Shown here: positions 39,925-50,400 of the stretch, piece by piece | How the letters are laid out: each line of letters starts with the position of its first letter | How positions within the stretch are numbered: position 1 is the stretch's first letter | DNA from: Candidatus Bathyarchaeota archaeon | GTDB taxonomy: Archaea > Thermoproteota > Bathyarchaeia > 40CM-2-53-6 | Length of the DNA stretch: 64,000 bases | Reading direction: 5' to 3' | Assembly (NCBI GenBank): GCA_963833125.1 | Contig: CAWHWX010000016.1 | Location: forward strand, 1-64,000 | Position numbers and translations under genes: made by a program | The notes under the pieces: model-generated | Database searches by the model: none | The model's input: only the letters and a program-made list of their open reading frames with translations | Told to the model about the DNA's origin: nothing

Positions 39925-40689
39925 TTACCTAAGCGCTTCTCGGAGGGTTGAATTTCGCTCGGTATGGGGGTTCAACACAGGCATGTCCAAAAGCTTTTCA
40001 TGCCACGACTGTGCGAGTCCGAAGAATAGGGGTAACTCAACACGCCAGAAGAAGCCGGCCACGAAACTCAACAGGTCGCGGTTGGGAACGAGGTAGAGTA
40101 TCCGTTCAACGGCGCGCTCGCTCTCAAGCCTCTTCGCGATCTCCGTGTAGTGTCTCCGGCTTTTCGGCGTGCGCTCGTACTCCAGGGCAAAGCGAGCCGA
40201 TCGGCCATCGAGTGCCACCGTCACCAGGGCATCGTAGTCCTTGGCGAACCCGAAGGGCGTGAGCTCGTTCCGGGAGCGGATCTCTGTTTCGCCGACCCAG
40301 AGAATCTCCATGCCTGCTCGCAGAAGCTGGAGGCGGAGGTCATTGAGCTCGACGGCGTGCATCACCTTGAGCTCGCGGTCGCGCGCGCCGCGCGGGGATG
40401 GAAGTGGCACGAAGCACTCCCCTGAGCCTTGGAGGAAGAGACTTCCACTCGGGGAGATCGTGTAGATGGACTCCGCGCGTAGGGCTGCGGTCTCGAGTTT
40501 AACCACCACGCCGTGATTCACGAGGCGCCGGAGCCTCCAGTCGAACACCCTGCGGTCACGCTCGTATCCGCCGCGCCTCATGAACTCGAACAGTTGTGAG
40601 TGCGTGACGAACTGTGAGCGGACGACCTGCTGGAGAAGAGGAAAGTCATGTGCCTGGCCGAGAGCGATCGCTCCCTTTGAGTAGCGCAT
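39925..40689 (-). CDS. Replication-relaxation (MOBC-like PD-(D/E)xK) relaxase
   Basis: N-terminal wHTH; D-x16-EYERTPK-x4-Y; near VirD4. Confidence 0.8.
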   Translation of the reverse strand: MRYSKGAIALGQAHDFPLLQQVVRSQFVTHSQLFEFMRRGGYERDRRVFDWRLRRLVNHGVVVKLETAALRAESIYTISPSGSLFLQGSGECFVPLPSPRGARDRELKVMHAVELNDLRLQLLRAGMEILWVGETEIRSRNELTPFGFAKDYDALVTVALDGRSARFALEYERTPKSRRHYTEIAKRLESERAVERILYLVPNRDLLSFVAGFFWRVELPLFFGLAQSWHEKLLDMPVLNPHTERNSTLREALR

Positions 40690-40693
40690 CCGC

Positions 40694-41236
40694 CTATGCC
40701 TCACAGTTGACCGCGAGTTCGAGCCGAGCCCGGCACGGCTCTCCGGCCACGGGCTCAAGGCTGTACGTCCCCACCGAGGTTCGGACCCTGCCATGTCCTG
40801 CCATGAGCATCATGGCCTCTTGATCGTCTCGCCACCCGCTCAAGGCGATGACCCAAACGTCGGGCGTGCTCCAGTCCGGCTCGCCAACCTGAAGGCGACC
40901 CACGTCGCGTGACCTCAGCACCACGAGGTAGCGATCGGGCTCAGCCCCGAAGGGAAGCAAGGTCTTGAAGAGGATCTTGTTCTGGCCCTGCCATACGCAG
41001 GGCTCCCCACATTCGAATACACGGCCGATCATCCTCTGTGGGGAGTTGGGATCGAACCCACCCATGCCATTGAACCGCACATGGCCGAGAATGCGAGGCC
41101 GGGTGCGCAGGGCGCCGTTGACCATCACGCCAGTCGTGTTGTAGTAGGCGGTGCGCGCGAACCGCCTCGGATCACGAGGGTCGTTCCTCACCCGCCGCCT
41201 CCACACACTCCCAAACGCCAGAACGCTCACGACCAT
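40694..41236 (-). CDS. Hypothetical transfer-region protein (180 aa)
   Basis: Tightly packed in the operon; GGAGG RBS. Confidence 0.7.
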   Translation of the reverse strand: MVVSVLAFGSVWRRRVRNDPRDPRRFARTAYYNTTGVMVNGALRTRPRILGHVRFNGMGGFDPNSPQRMIGRVFECGEPCVWQGQNKILFKTLLPFGAEPDRYLVVLRSRDVGRLQVGEPDWSTPDVWVIALSGWRDDQEAMMLMAGHGRVRTSVGTYSLEPVAGEPCRARLELAVNCEA

Positions 41237-41239
41237 GGC

Positions 41240-42052
41240 TCAGACTCCTCCCTTCAGGCGCTTGTTCTTCTCCCGCTCCGCGTGGAGTTGTTGTTGGAGG
41301 CTATTGATGTGCCGGACCAGCTCGGTCGGGGAAGTGGGCTGGACATCGGGAGGGGCGGAACCCTGTCCGTTCCCGCCTAATCGGCCGCTCAGTGCATCGA
41401 TGCGAAGGGAGAGGTCGGTGACCAACGCCGCTTTCTGAGCGAGCTCATCCTCGAGCCTTTTCTTATCGGCTCCTAGCGCGCTGATCTGGCCCTTGGCCTC
41501 GTCGAGGTCCATGCGGAGGCTCGAAGCTTCGGAATTCCCTCCCAGCGCCGAGGACTCGCCGGCACCCGAAGCCTCGATAGCCCGGTTGCAAAGCTCGATG
41601 TGCTCGTTGTATTGGCGGATCGCTTCTCGCGCCACCTGCCGGGAGGAAGCGTCGTGCGCCCGGACCTGGTCCATCTGCTCGCCCATGATCCGCTTCTCCC
41701 GCTTCCGGTCATATCGGGACTTTACGTAGGCCGCGAAAGAGAGGAGAGCTGCGAGCGAGACCCAAAGGCTGTACCAGAAGAAAGGACTCTCGACGGACGC
41801 ATTGACGAAGGCTTCACGCCGGGTCCGGTACCAGGAACCTAAGTCCACGTCGCGTGGGTTGAGTTCGTGGAACATGAACTCGTACCAGGTCTGGCCGCGC
41901 TCATAGAGAGGACGAGGTGACGGAGAAGCTCGGCGCAAAGACGCCCGTGCCGCGTTTGGATCACCTGCACGCGGGGGCTTGTGCTGCCCAAGAGCCGGCG
42001 CACTGACGACGCAGACAAAAAGGATAATTCGGAGCGCTCGGGTCATGGCCAC
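41240..42052 (-). CDS. Membrane-anchored coiled-coil protein (270 aa)
   Basis: Signal peptide, one TM segment, coiled coil; overlaps the VirD4 stop. Confidence 0.7.
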   Translation of the reverse strand: MAMTRALRIILFVCVVSAPALGQHKPPRAGDPNAARASLRRASPSPRPLYERGQTWYEFMFHELNPRDVDLGSWYRTRREAFVNASVESPFFWYSLWVSLAALLSFAAYVKSRYDRKREKRIMGEQMDQVRAHDASSRQVAREAIRQYNEHIELCNRAIEASGAGESSALGGNSEASSLRMDLDEAKGQISALGADKKRLEDELAQKAALVTDLSLRIDALSGRLGGNGQGSAPPDVQPTSPTELVRHINSLQQQLHAEREKNKRLKGGV

Positions 42053-43857
42053 CTTCCTCCCAATCGCCTTCCATGCTTTCTTACCAGCTCGTTATTTTTG
42101 AAGCGGAGGTTGGCGCCGACCGACTGAGCGCGAGAGTGCCGGAGCTGAGGGTAGAGTTCCGGTCTGAACCCTGGAATGCGGATGTCGCTCGGCGCCCGCA
42201 CATGAAGCAGGGTGTGCAAGGTGCCTTGGCTCTCGTCCGTCATGAGCATTTCGACCTGAGCCTTGGGGAGGTTCTTGATGTGGAAGTCGGCGGCCCGGGT
42301 CTCGAGTTGCTCGGTCTCGGTTACCTTCCCCGTTGGCTCGTAGTGTTCGTGGCCGAACATCCGCCAACCCTCGAGTGCAACACTGCGCCGGGGCACCCGG
42401 TGCAGCGCCGAGGCCTGGAGAAAGTAGCGGGCTGTGTCCTCGTTCTGAGTCTTGAAAAGAATCGTGGTGTTGGGAGCGGAGGTCACATCCTCCTGGAAGC
42501 CGCGCCCAACCTTCAGCAACTGCGGGATGCTCTGTAGGGAGAAGAGAAAGGCGGTGTTGGTTCCCCGGGCCGTGTTCAGGATGTGGGCGAAGTTCTGGTA
42601 GCCGAAGGGCGAGAATTCGTCGAGGACGACGCTGAAGATCGGATCGCCGGCTCCCGAGTCATCGTGGCCAGGCAGGTTTTCGGAGGGCATCGCTCTCTCG
42701 TATCTCTTGCCAACGACGAGCTGGAGGTTTTGGAGGAGCATCTTGCCCAGTGCCCGGACCGGCTCCGTGTTCTTGTTCACGTTCAGGCTGACGAACAGAA
42801 TCAAGTCCTGGTCAATCACCTCGTCGATCGACAACAGGTCTTCATACGGACCGGTGATGACCGACAGCTCGTCGTCCAGGAAAGTCATGCACTCGTTCAG
42901 GAGGCCTTGGATCTTCGGGACTCGCTCCCGGTCGTCGAGGGACTTGTAAAGATTCTTGACCGACATCTCGAAGTTGAGCCGGCGCTGGGTTGTGACGGAG
43001 GAATCGCGGGCGATGGCAGCCCGTGACTTGTCAACCTGCTCTTTCAGCACCTCTTCGTCCAGGGCCATCACCATCACGTCGTAGAAGTTGAATTTCGCCC
43101 CGGTGTATACCAGCACCCGCACAATATCGGACAGGTAGTTCAACTGGTGCTTGGCGAAGAACTCGTCGTGAAGGTTGAACGAGCCAAATACCATGTTGAC
43201 CACAGCCGAGTAGTCGTCGTGAGAACAGTGAAAGGGATTGTAGAGGACCGAGATGTCGGGCCGGGCGGGGCAAAGCAGGCGGAGCTGATGGAGTCTGCCG
43301 GCGCGGTGGAAGTACGGCAGCAAGTCGTAGAAGAACTTCATGTCTCCTTTGCCGTCGAAGATGACCATGGGGATGCGGCGCGGACCTCCTGGAGTCTGAA
43401 TGACCCGAGCAAGGTCCTGGCTGATGATGTTCGAGAGCAAAGTAGTCTTGCCCATACCGGTCTTGCCCAGGATGATCCCTTGCATCACACGAATGCGATC
43501 GGGCCAGAGAAAGGGACTGCCATGGATGTCGTAACCGAGGACCACCGAGTTGTCGGCCCAGGCTTTCCGACAATGTTCGTTGTCGATGTCTGGTGTGATC
43601 ACAAGCGGGGGGTGCGGCCACTGTTTCTCCCGTCTCGATCTCGCCGCCGCGGGGAACCAAATCGCGAAGAAGACTCCAAGGGCCAGAAGCACCCCGTATC
43701 CGTCGATTTCTATCATCTGCCGGCGGGAGAAGTGGAAAGCGTGGACGCCGACGTAGGAGACGCCGAGTATTAAGACCATGAGTGCAAACACGGCCTGAAC
43801 TTCGGGGCTGAATTCAAGTGGTGAGCGCTGGCGGGGAACTTCCCAGGCGGGTCTCAT
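42043..43857 (-). CDS. virD4: Type IV coupling protein, VirD4/TraD-like
   Basis: Two N-terminal TM segments, GKTGMGKT, FDGKGD, YNPF, VVLDEF, ARG..QS..QL. Confidence 0.88.
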   Translation of the reverse strand: MRPAWEVPRQRSPLEFSPEVQAVFALMVLILGVSYVGVHAFHFSRRQMIEIDGYGVLLALGVFFAIWFPAAARSRREKQWPHPPLVITPDIDNEHCRKAWADNSVVLGYDIHGSPFLWPDRIRVMQGIILGKTGMGKTTLLSNIISQDLARVIQTPGGPRRIPMVIFDGKGDMKFFYDLLPYFHRAGRLHQLRLLCPARPDISVLYNPFHCSHDDYSAVVNMVFGSFNLHDEFFAKHQLNYLSDIVRVLVYTGAKFNFYDVMVMALDEEVLKEQVDKSRAAIARDSSVTTQRRLNFEMSVKNLYKSLDDRERVPKIQGLLNECMTFLDDELSVITGPYEDLLSIDEVIDQDLILFVSLNVNKNTEPVRALGKMLLQNLQLVVGKRYERAMPSENLPGHDDSGAGDPIFSVVLDEFSPFGYQNFAHILNTARGTNTAFLFSLQSIPQLLKVGRGFQEDVTSAPNTTILFKTQNEDTARYFLQASALHRVPRRSVALEGWRMFGHEHYEPTGKVTETEQLETRAADFHIKNLPKAQVEMLMTDESQGTLHTLLHVRAPSDIRIPGFRPELYPQLRHSRAQSVGANLRFKNNELVRKHGRRLGGRWP

Positions 43858-44194
43858 GACAGTTGCAGGGCTCCTAAGCCGGCAAGAACAAGCCCCAACG
43901 CAACGAGAGACAATGACAGGTAGTGTTCGCTCCAAGCGGGCGTTCGGATTGTGGAGAAAGCCGCTCCAATGCATCCGACAGGATCGGCAGCGAGTGAGGC
44001 AGACCATCCCTCAGCAACGAAATCACCGGCCAGATGAGGAGGGCAATACACAGAAGAAAGTGAAAGATGGACCAGGGAGTGATGGAGACTGGTGTCACCG
44101 GTCTGTCGTCTACCGTTGCAAATTGGAAGACATCCTCCGGCTTGGTGACTCTCGCGTCTATTTGGTGGGGCAGCGTTGTCGGTAGTCCGGCCAT
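43854..44194 (-). CDS. Small membrane protein (frameshift ~43930)
   Basis: Two hydrophobic helices split across ORFs 43874-44497 and 43854-44051; ATGA overlap with VirD4. Confidence 0.5.
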
Positions 44195-44213
44195 AACGAA
44201 ACCTGAACTTCCT

Positions 44214-44456
44214 TCACCGTGGCAGGCTGAAGTAGATGAACCAAGCGACCGCCACGACCGGGAGGAGCATCGTTGCCACAAATCCCTTCTTGAATTTCCT
44301 ACGCTCCCATGGTTTGAACGGATCCCGCGGCTGAAGTGCCAGGTCGAGCAGCATGTTGGCAAACCCGATGTCGTTCCGTGCCTTGAAATACAAAGAAAAG
44401 AGCGCGCAGGAATTCGGGTGCTTACTTCGATCTTGAGATTCCACTTTCGTCGCCAC
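44214..44456 (-). CDS. Small membrane protein (80 aa)
   Basis: C-terminal TM helix; GAGGAG RBS. Confidence 0.55.
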   Translation of the reverse strand: MATKVESQDRSKHPNSCALFSLYFKARNDIGFANMLLDLALQPRDPFKPWERRKFKKGFVATMLLPVVAVAWFIYFSLPR

Positions 44457-44477
44457 GAAACTTGACTCCTCTTTTCT

Positions 44478-45335
44478 TTAGAGCACAAGTGTGGCACTCA
44501 CTTCGCCGCGGTAGTCGTTCGCCAGCTCAAAACGGAGCACCTGCGGTGCGGACGAAGAGCGAGTGAGCCTGACCCCGACTACGCCGATGGTCGCCTCACC
44601 CGGACCCAGCTTGGTTTTCGGCAGCTTCTGGGCAGCCACATCCAAGGAGGTTCGAGCTTGGATTTTCAGCCGGCGCGCCTCCGCCTGGCTCAACTGCGAA
44701 TTCTGACGGGACAGCAGTGTGCGTGATGAACGCACGTCACTCAGCAGGAAGATCTTCGGTGAGCTGGGAGTGTAAACGTGAGTTGTGTCGTTTCGAATCT
44801 CGTATCGGATGAAAATCATGTCCTTGTCCTGGAAGAGATCATCCAGACGAACGGCCACGCGATGGTTGGACGATTGGTCTTGCTCGGCTCGCACCATTTG
44901 GTCTTCGACCATCGAATCCATGTGCGAAGGGCCAGCCGGAAGACTTGGTGAGACGCTTGCCGTCAGCTTGGTGGGATTCGTTGCGAGTGCCGGCTTCGGA
45001 TGGTCAATGGCAAAGTCCATTCCTTCGACTGGTCCGGCCGGGCTCAATTCATAACTGAACCGGCTTGAAGCTGTCCAAATGAAAAGGTTGGTCGATACGT
45101 TAGGCGCCGTAGGTTCTACGAAAACCTTATTGTCTCGCCATTCAATCTTGAAGGCAGGGCTTCCAGCGGCGACCGACACAACGGGCTCGCCCACCTCGAT
45201 GACGGTGAGGTGATCGAGGGCCGTCTGGACATGAATGATCCGATCACGGTTGGGTGACTCCGTCTCAACCTTCTGTCCCCAGGACGGGACCGTCAGCAAC
45301 AAAACCGCTAATCCAATAAGAAAACGTCGCATCAT
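44478..45335 (-). CDS. VirB9/TrbG-like T4SS protein (285 aa)
   Basis: Signal peptide, LDHLTVIEVGEPV, NKVFVEP, TNLFIWT; AAGGAGA RBS. Confidence 0.72.
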   Translation of the reverse strand: MMRRFLIGLAVLLLTVPSWGQKVETESPNRDRIIHVQTALDHLTVIEVGEPVVSVAAGSPAFKIEWRDNKVFVEPTAPNVSTNLFIWTASSRFSYELSPAGPVEGMDFAIDHPKPALATNPTKLTASVSPSLPAGPSHMDSMVEDQMVRAEQDQSSNHRVAVRLDDLFQDKDMIFIRYEIRNDTTHVYTPSSPKIFLLSDVRSSRTLLSRQNSQLSQAEARRLKIQARTSLDVAAQKLPKTKLGPGEATIGVVGVRLTRSSSAPQVLRFELANDYRGEVSATLVL

Positions 45336-45415
45336 AATTGTTCTCCTTCGTCTCGCCAATTCTTGAATTACTGGCCCCAGGAGGTCTAAAGGCAGACCTC
45401 CTGGGGGTTGTGGTT

Positions 45416-48183
45416 TCAGTGGACCTTGCGAACCGGAACGGCTGGGCGCTGGGCAGTGCCGGGCATGACCACCATGCCGTTTCGGATTTCGCTTCGGCCG
45501 GGAATGACCTTGAACGGACGTACCTTCTCGACCAGGACTGGCCGTCCGTGGTTGTAGTCCATGAAAAGGTCGCCATCCTCCGTGACATGACAGTAGAGGA
45601 TTCGCCTTTCCTGGATGTCGCCATCGAGACCCGCGAACCGGCTGACCAGGAAGACTTCGCCGTCCTGACCGATTTCGACTTCGCCATCGGCCAAGTCGGG
45701 AACCCGGACCATGATGGGCCGGCCTCCCGTGCGTTCCACAATCCCGTCCACCAATTCCTGGGGAAAGGCGTAAAACACAGTCGAGCCGATTCCGTGGCCT
45801 TGGCACACCTTGCTGTGCAAGGCCTGGAGCCAGCCACGCCGGTTGTCGGTTTTGCGCTCAGCCCACTTCCGCACAAGACAGATGGCGGTCTTCATCTCGT
45901 GGCGAGATTTCTCACGCTCGAAGAAACGCAGAGCCGCCCTGGCCTGCTTAAGCCGGAAGAGGGCCTCTTTCCGGGCGCGAGCGTTGTCCTTGACACGCTC
46001 GAATCCGGCTTCAGCTTCCTTCGCAGCCTGTTCGTAGGCCGTTTGTTTCTTCCGTGTGCGGCCGATCATGCGGGCATAGATTCGGTTGAGCTTGGTGACT
46101 TCCTCGAACATCTTCTCGTTGAACTCGCTCCCGGCGATGAGTCCACCGAAGGATGAAAGAGGAAGCGTTTCCTCGTTGGAAAGGAACGAGTGAATCTCCT
46201 TTCTCACCGAGTTGTAGAGTTGTCCGACGACATCGCTGGGCGCGACGCCATCGAAGTGAAGGGGCAGCTCCTCGATGCGCCTAGCCAACTTGCACTTCAG
46301 CCACGGCGCCGCTGAGCCGACTTCCTTGCGAATTGCTGCGATGCGTTCCCGATCCGGCTCGGTTCCGTGCTTGAGCTGGTCGAGTGCCGCCTGAAGCTCG
46401 ACCGCCAACTCCTCAGCAAGCTCCGGCCTCCCGGCAGCCTGGGCAATCGTCTTCAGGTCTGTGATCGCACCGATCGAGTTTCCCTTGGCAGACATGGCCA
46501 CCTGAGGAAGGTTCCACCACGGCGAGCGCTTCTTCGAACGTTTCTTCTTCTGGTTCGAGAAACGCTCCTCGTACCTGAACCGGTCATCGATCCAGCGAGG
46601 AAACTTCTCCGACTCGACCACGCAGATATAGTCGAAGTCGAAGTCCCCGCCGTTTCGCTTGGCGGTTTCAGAATGCATGGTGAAGGTCCCGCGCAAGAGA
46701 AGCTGCGCGTCGATGATCCGATCAAGTGCCTCTTTCTCCGCCATGGAGCAACCTGACTTGTCCAGGCGTTTCATGAGGAGATCAAGGGTTTCGGGCACCG
46801 CAAGGCGCGTGATGGGCAAAAGGTCTTCCTTGGTGCGAATCGGATACCGAACCGAAAGCATCCGGCTCGAAGCCAGGCTGACCAAGCCCCGGTCGGGCGG
46901 AATCCAGTCTGACCCGGAGTATATTTCGCCATTGTGTTCGACGAGAAAGCCATCGTCCGCGAGAGCGAACGCCGGTAAGCGCAATCCGCCAGGCGGTCGA
47001 GACCTTGTAGGCCCATCGAGTGAGCATGCGGTCCACCTGCGAGTGGATCCACGGGTGCTTGAGCATGAAACCCGTAGGATCGGCTTTGAGCACGGCTTCG
47101 ATGATAGTGTGCTCGATGCCGGTGTACTCGGAATCGAACGACTGGTCGCTGTCTTCGTCAATGACAGCTTGGGCTTCGGAGGTCCCGAGCAGCTCGAGAA
47201 GCGCTTCAAAGTTTCGTCCCTCGAATGCTGCCTTGACCTTCTCGATCTGATCGAGCGCGTATGGTTTGATTTCCAGCTCGATGGAGTCTGTCGGAGCGTG
47301 CTCGACCAGGCTGTAGCTGGCCCGGAATTCCAGGTTCCGCGAGACGTCACGGATGCCAAGAACTACCGGACCACGGAAGGTGCGGGCAGAGCCAGTGAGC
47401 CATTTGATGAGCGTTGGCTTACCCTTGTATTCAGGTTTGACCGATGACGCCGGCAAGACTATGTCGGCATCGAGGATTTCGGCTACCGCGTTCCGTCATC
47501 ACCTTGAACGATCCCTTCGCTTGGGTCCGTTCGAAGGCGAGCCGGAACTGGTAGAAGGCGCCGGGCGAGATAACGGAATGGCGGACGTTTCTTTCTGCCG
47601 CTGAGTTGATTTCTGCTACACCCAGGTTGGGATGGATTTTCGCGAGCCGCTGGACTTCCCGCTTGAGCAAACCGGTCCGGTGGCCAGCTTGCAACTCACG
47701 GAAGAGCGCCTCGGAGATCCAGCCTCTTGAATCGTTGGTCCCTAGCTCGTGATCGTCAACCACCAGAACCCGGCACTCAGGCTTCGCGATGCGTACGATG
47801 CAGTCTGAAACCAAAATGCCAAAGTAGGTCATGGCGGCTTCGGGCCAGTTTCCAAAGCGCGAAGCAATCTCCCGCTCGTGCTTCGGATCAACGGCGTAAA
47901 ACTTCCCGTTCTTTGCTGACCCGCTGGCCCCGATTAACGCGAACTTCTGTTTCTCCCACTCCAGCCGAACCAGCGCCTGCTCGACCGTAGCGCGCTCGAA
48001 AGGCGAGAGCTCCTCCTGAGGGACGTCCACCGTGGCCACAGCAATGCCAGGGTAGAGTCCTTCAAGAATCGTGTTCCTGAGTTCGTGTTCCCGATCCAAC
48101 GGATTCAACTTCTTTTGAACCTCACCGTTTCGATTGATTTCGAGGGCAAGCACCGGCGCCGCCCCGTTTATCCCGTAGTTCAT
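45416..48183 (-). CDS. Single-subunit two-barrel (YonO / cellular RdRP-like) RNA polymerase, ~920 aa (two +1 frameshifts)
   Basis: Collinear motifs NDSRGWIS, YQFR..QAKGSF, DIVLPASSVK, LKHPWI, GGLRLP..ADD, VRYP, GGDFDFD (46631-46645), IGAITD. Frameshifts at ~47493 and ~46991. Confidence 0.78.
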
Positions 48184-48204
48184 TGGTCTCCTCCTGTTTT
48201 GGAT

Positions 48205-48430
48205 TTAATCGGGCACAAAAAAGCAAGGAGGCCGTCGCCGGTCTCTTCGCCGTTTAGTGCCGAAAGGTGATTGGTCTTTCGGCTCTTCGGGCGAAGAGCC
48301 GTCTTTCGTGTCTATCTGCCTCTCTCTCGGATAGAAAGAAAGGTTTCTCGGCCCTGCGTCAGAAACGCAGAGTCGAAACTCTTCCGCGAAAATGGCTCAC
48401 GGTTAGCCTTTGTTCAAATGAAACCGGTAT
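48205..48430 (-). ncRNA. Candidate structured leader / ncRNA upstream of the polymerase gene
   Basis: Several stems, some mutually exclusive (CTCTTCGCC/GGCGAAGAG, GCCGAAAG/CTTTCGGC, GGCTCTTC/GAAGAGCC, TCTATC/GATAGA, CTGCGT/ACGCAG), then a T6 tract and AGGAGG RBS. Confidence 0.45.
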
Positions 48431-48433
48431 GAA

Positions 48434-48742
48434 TTAAGGATTCCTTTTCACTACCTCCTTTTTGAAAGTGGGCTGTTTACCACTGCAGTCGACAAGGGCG
48501 CGGTATTCGATGACGGCGTAGTAGCTCACGCCGGCTTTGAAAGCCTCCGCCATCGCCTCTGCCTCGGATGCAAATTCCCGCTCGAACTCGGGCGTGCGGG
48601 AATTCGTTCCCGGCCGCGCGAGGAAGAACCTCCCTTGGGGCGTCGTAGCCTGCGCCGCAGCAGCTTCCTTAGCCATCTGTGGACCCCGACTCGAAGCTTG
48701 CAGTCCTTTTCCCTCGACAACTTCTGAAGCGCTTCCTGCCAT
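48434..48742 (-). CDS. Hypothetical protein (102 aa)
   Basis: AAGGAGGA RBS; lies between VirB8 and the structured leader. Confidence 0.65.
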   Translation of the reverse strand: MAGSASEVVEGKGLQASSRGPQMAKEAAAAQATTPQGRFFLARPGTNSRTPEFEREFASEAEAMAEAFKAGVSYYAVIEYRALVDCSGKQPTFKKEVVKRNP

Positions 48743-48770
48743 GATTCCTCCTTCTTTCAAGCTTCGGTTT

Positions 48771-49493
48771 TTACTGTTGTCCCTGTCCGGGTGACCGAGT
48801 CTCAAGGTCGCTGTGCTGGATGAGACCCGTATCCCGATCACCGACCATCTGTTGTTCCTTGTATTCCGCCACCAGCAACCCGCTTGGGTTGTCGTCGGAC
48901 CTTCGGTCTTCAACCAGTCGGACTGTGTAACGACCTACTATTCGGTCCGTGGCTTCCGTTCCTTTGCGGACTTGATGGACTTCCTTCACACCGAACGCAA
49001 GATAAGTCCAGGGTGTTGCCTTCAGATGTTCAATCGACTTGATCTCGAAGTCGGAAATGATGCGGTCCTCGGCGATTTTTCCCACGGTGTCTGAATCGCG
49101 GAGTTGATTCATGGTGTAGGTCCGCAGATTCACGGTCATCATGTTGAGGGCTTCCGAAAGGTTGCGATCGACCGAATCCGGCGTATAGCTGAGGTACCGC
49201 TCAAGAAAGTGTTTTACGACCGCCCGTCCTTCGAGGTCGGTTGGCGCCGCTTCTTTTGCCGCCTCGGCCGAGAGCGAGAATAGTCTCTGCGCTCCAAGTC
49301 GAGCGGACCCGACAACGGTTGCATTTCCGTCTTTATCGACGCGGATGACGGTGGGCGGCTGCAGCCGGACATAGATGGCGAAGCCCAGTGAGGTCAAGGC
49401 TATCAGTCCGAAGATCGTCGCCAACAACATCGAGCGGTTGGCGTATGCGCGGAGCATCCCATCGTGCTCGTAGTACTTCGTGTAGGAGCTCAT
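48771..49493 (-). CDS. VirB8/TrbF-like protein
   Basis: N-terminal TM, PTVIRVD, FLERYLSY, DNPSGLLV NTF2-like ending. Confidence 0.8.
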   Translation of the reverse strand: MSSYTKYYEHDGMLRAYANRSMLLATIFGLIALTSLGFAIYVRLQPPTVIRVDKDGNATVVGSARLGAQRLFSLSAEAAKEAAPTDLEGRAVVKHFLERYLSYTPDSVDRNLSEALNMMTVNLRTYTMNQLRDSDTVGKIAEDRIISDFEIKSIEHLKATPWTYLAFGVKEVHQVRKGTEATDRIVGRYTVRLVEDRRSDDNPSGLLVAEYKEQQMVGDRDTGLIQHSDLETRSPGQGQQ

Positions 49494-49548
49494 GCTATCT
49501 CTGCCGGTTTCCGAACTAGATCTCTTGATGATCAAAGTTCTTGCTCCT

Positions 49549-50397
49549 CTACTTTGGAATCATCTTTGAAGGCAAAATGGCGGAACGAACGATGACCATG
49601 ACCGTGCTTCCCACGTCGCCCTTGATGATTCGGTCGGCCAGAAACGGAATCAGCGCGATACATATCGAGAAGAGGATGCTGGCCAGGGCCAGCAACAAGT
49701 CCTGGCTCGCGTTCTGGAAGAAACCCGCCACTCCACCCGAATTCAGAACGTTACTGACGCTGTTCACATTCAAGACCACGGCCAGCGCGGCGAAGATCGC
49801 GTAGAGTAATCCCCATGCCTGGAAGATCAGCATGTTCACGAGATAAGTCCGGGCGAGCTGCCCAACTCCGTTGGCGGGCAGCAGCGCCAGGACGAACGGC
49901 CCGGTAATATAAAGGATCGAACCGTAGAGTGAATAGAACAGCGCAAAGAGCGCGTAGGCGATGGGCATAACAATGAAGGCTACGATGATCAGCAGGGCGT
50001 CGAGAAGACCCGAGAGGCTCGCCCCCACCCCTCCTATAATCGACCACAGCGATTCGGTTCCATTCGTGCTCCAGTACTGCTGCAACTGGGTCATCCAATC
50101 GCTGAACATGTCTGTGCCGCCGACGAGGCTGATGATCGACTGCGCCACAGAATTGAACATTCCATTAACGTCGCGAAAAATCATGGGGTAGCTTGCGAAT
50201 ACCAAGCCCAGGATCAAATACTTGATCCCGGAAATTCCCAAAGCTCGCACGTCTCCTCCAGCGGCAAAGGCCTGATAAGCCCCGTAAAGAAAGCTCAAGA
50301 TCAGAATGGTGCTCGCGATGCCCACCACGCCCGTCGTGATGTTCGAGCTGTCGATTCCATCCAAAGCGTTCAGAAACATCTGTTGGAAATAAAACAT
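49549..50397 (-). CDS. VirB6/TrbL-like polytopic membrane protein
   Basis: Six or more TM segments, LYITGPFVLAL; position between VirB5 and VirB8. Confidence 0.75.
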   Translation of the reverse strand: MFYFQQMFLNALDGIDSSNITTGVVGIASTILILSFLYGAYQAFAAGGDVRALGISGIKYLILGLVFASYPMIFRDVNGMFNSVAQSIISLVGGTDMFSDWMTQLQQYWSTNGTESLWSIIGGVGASLSGLLDALLIIVAFIVMPIAYALFALFYSLYGSILYITGPFVLALLPANGVGQLARTYLVNMLIFQAWGLLYAIFAALAVVLNVNSVSNVLNSGGVAGFFQNASQDLLLALASILFSICIALIPFLADRIIKGDVGSTVMVIVRSAILPSKMIPK

Positions 50398-50400
50398 GGT

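Noticed and set aside
45336-45806. N-terminal extension of ORF 44478-45806
   Set aside because: Overlaps the polymerase C-terminus in another frame; the signal peptide and RBS place the start at 45335.
46990-47500. Programmed ribosomal frameshifting in the polymerase gene
   Set aside because: No slippery heptamers at the shifts, and similar single-base insertions occur across many unrelated genes.
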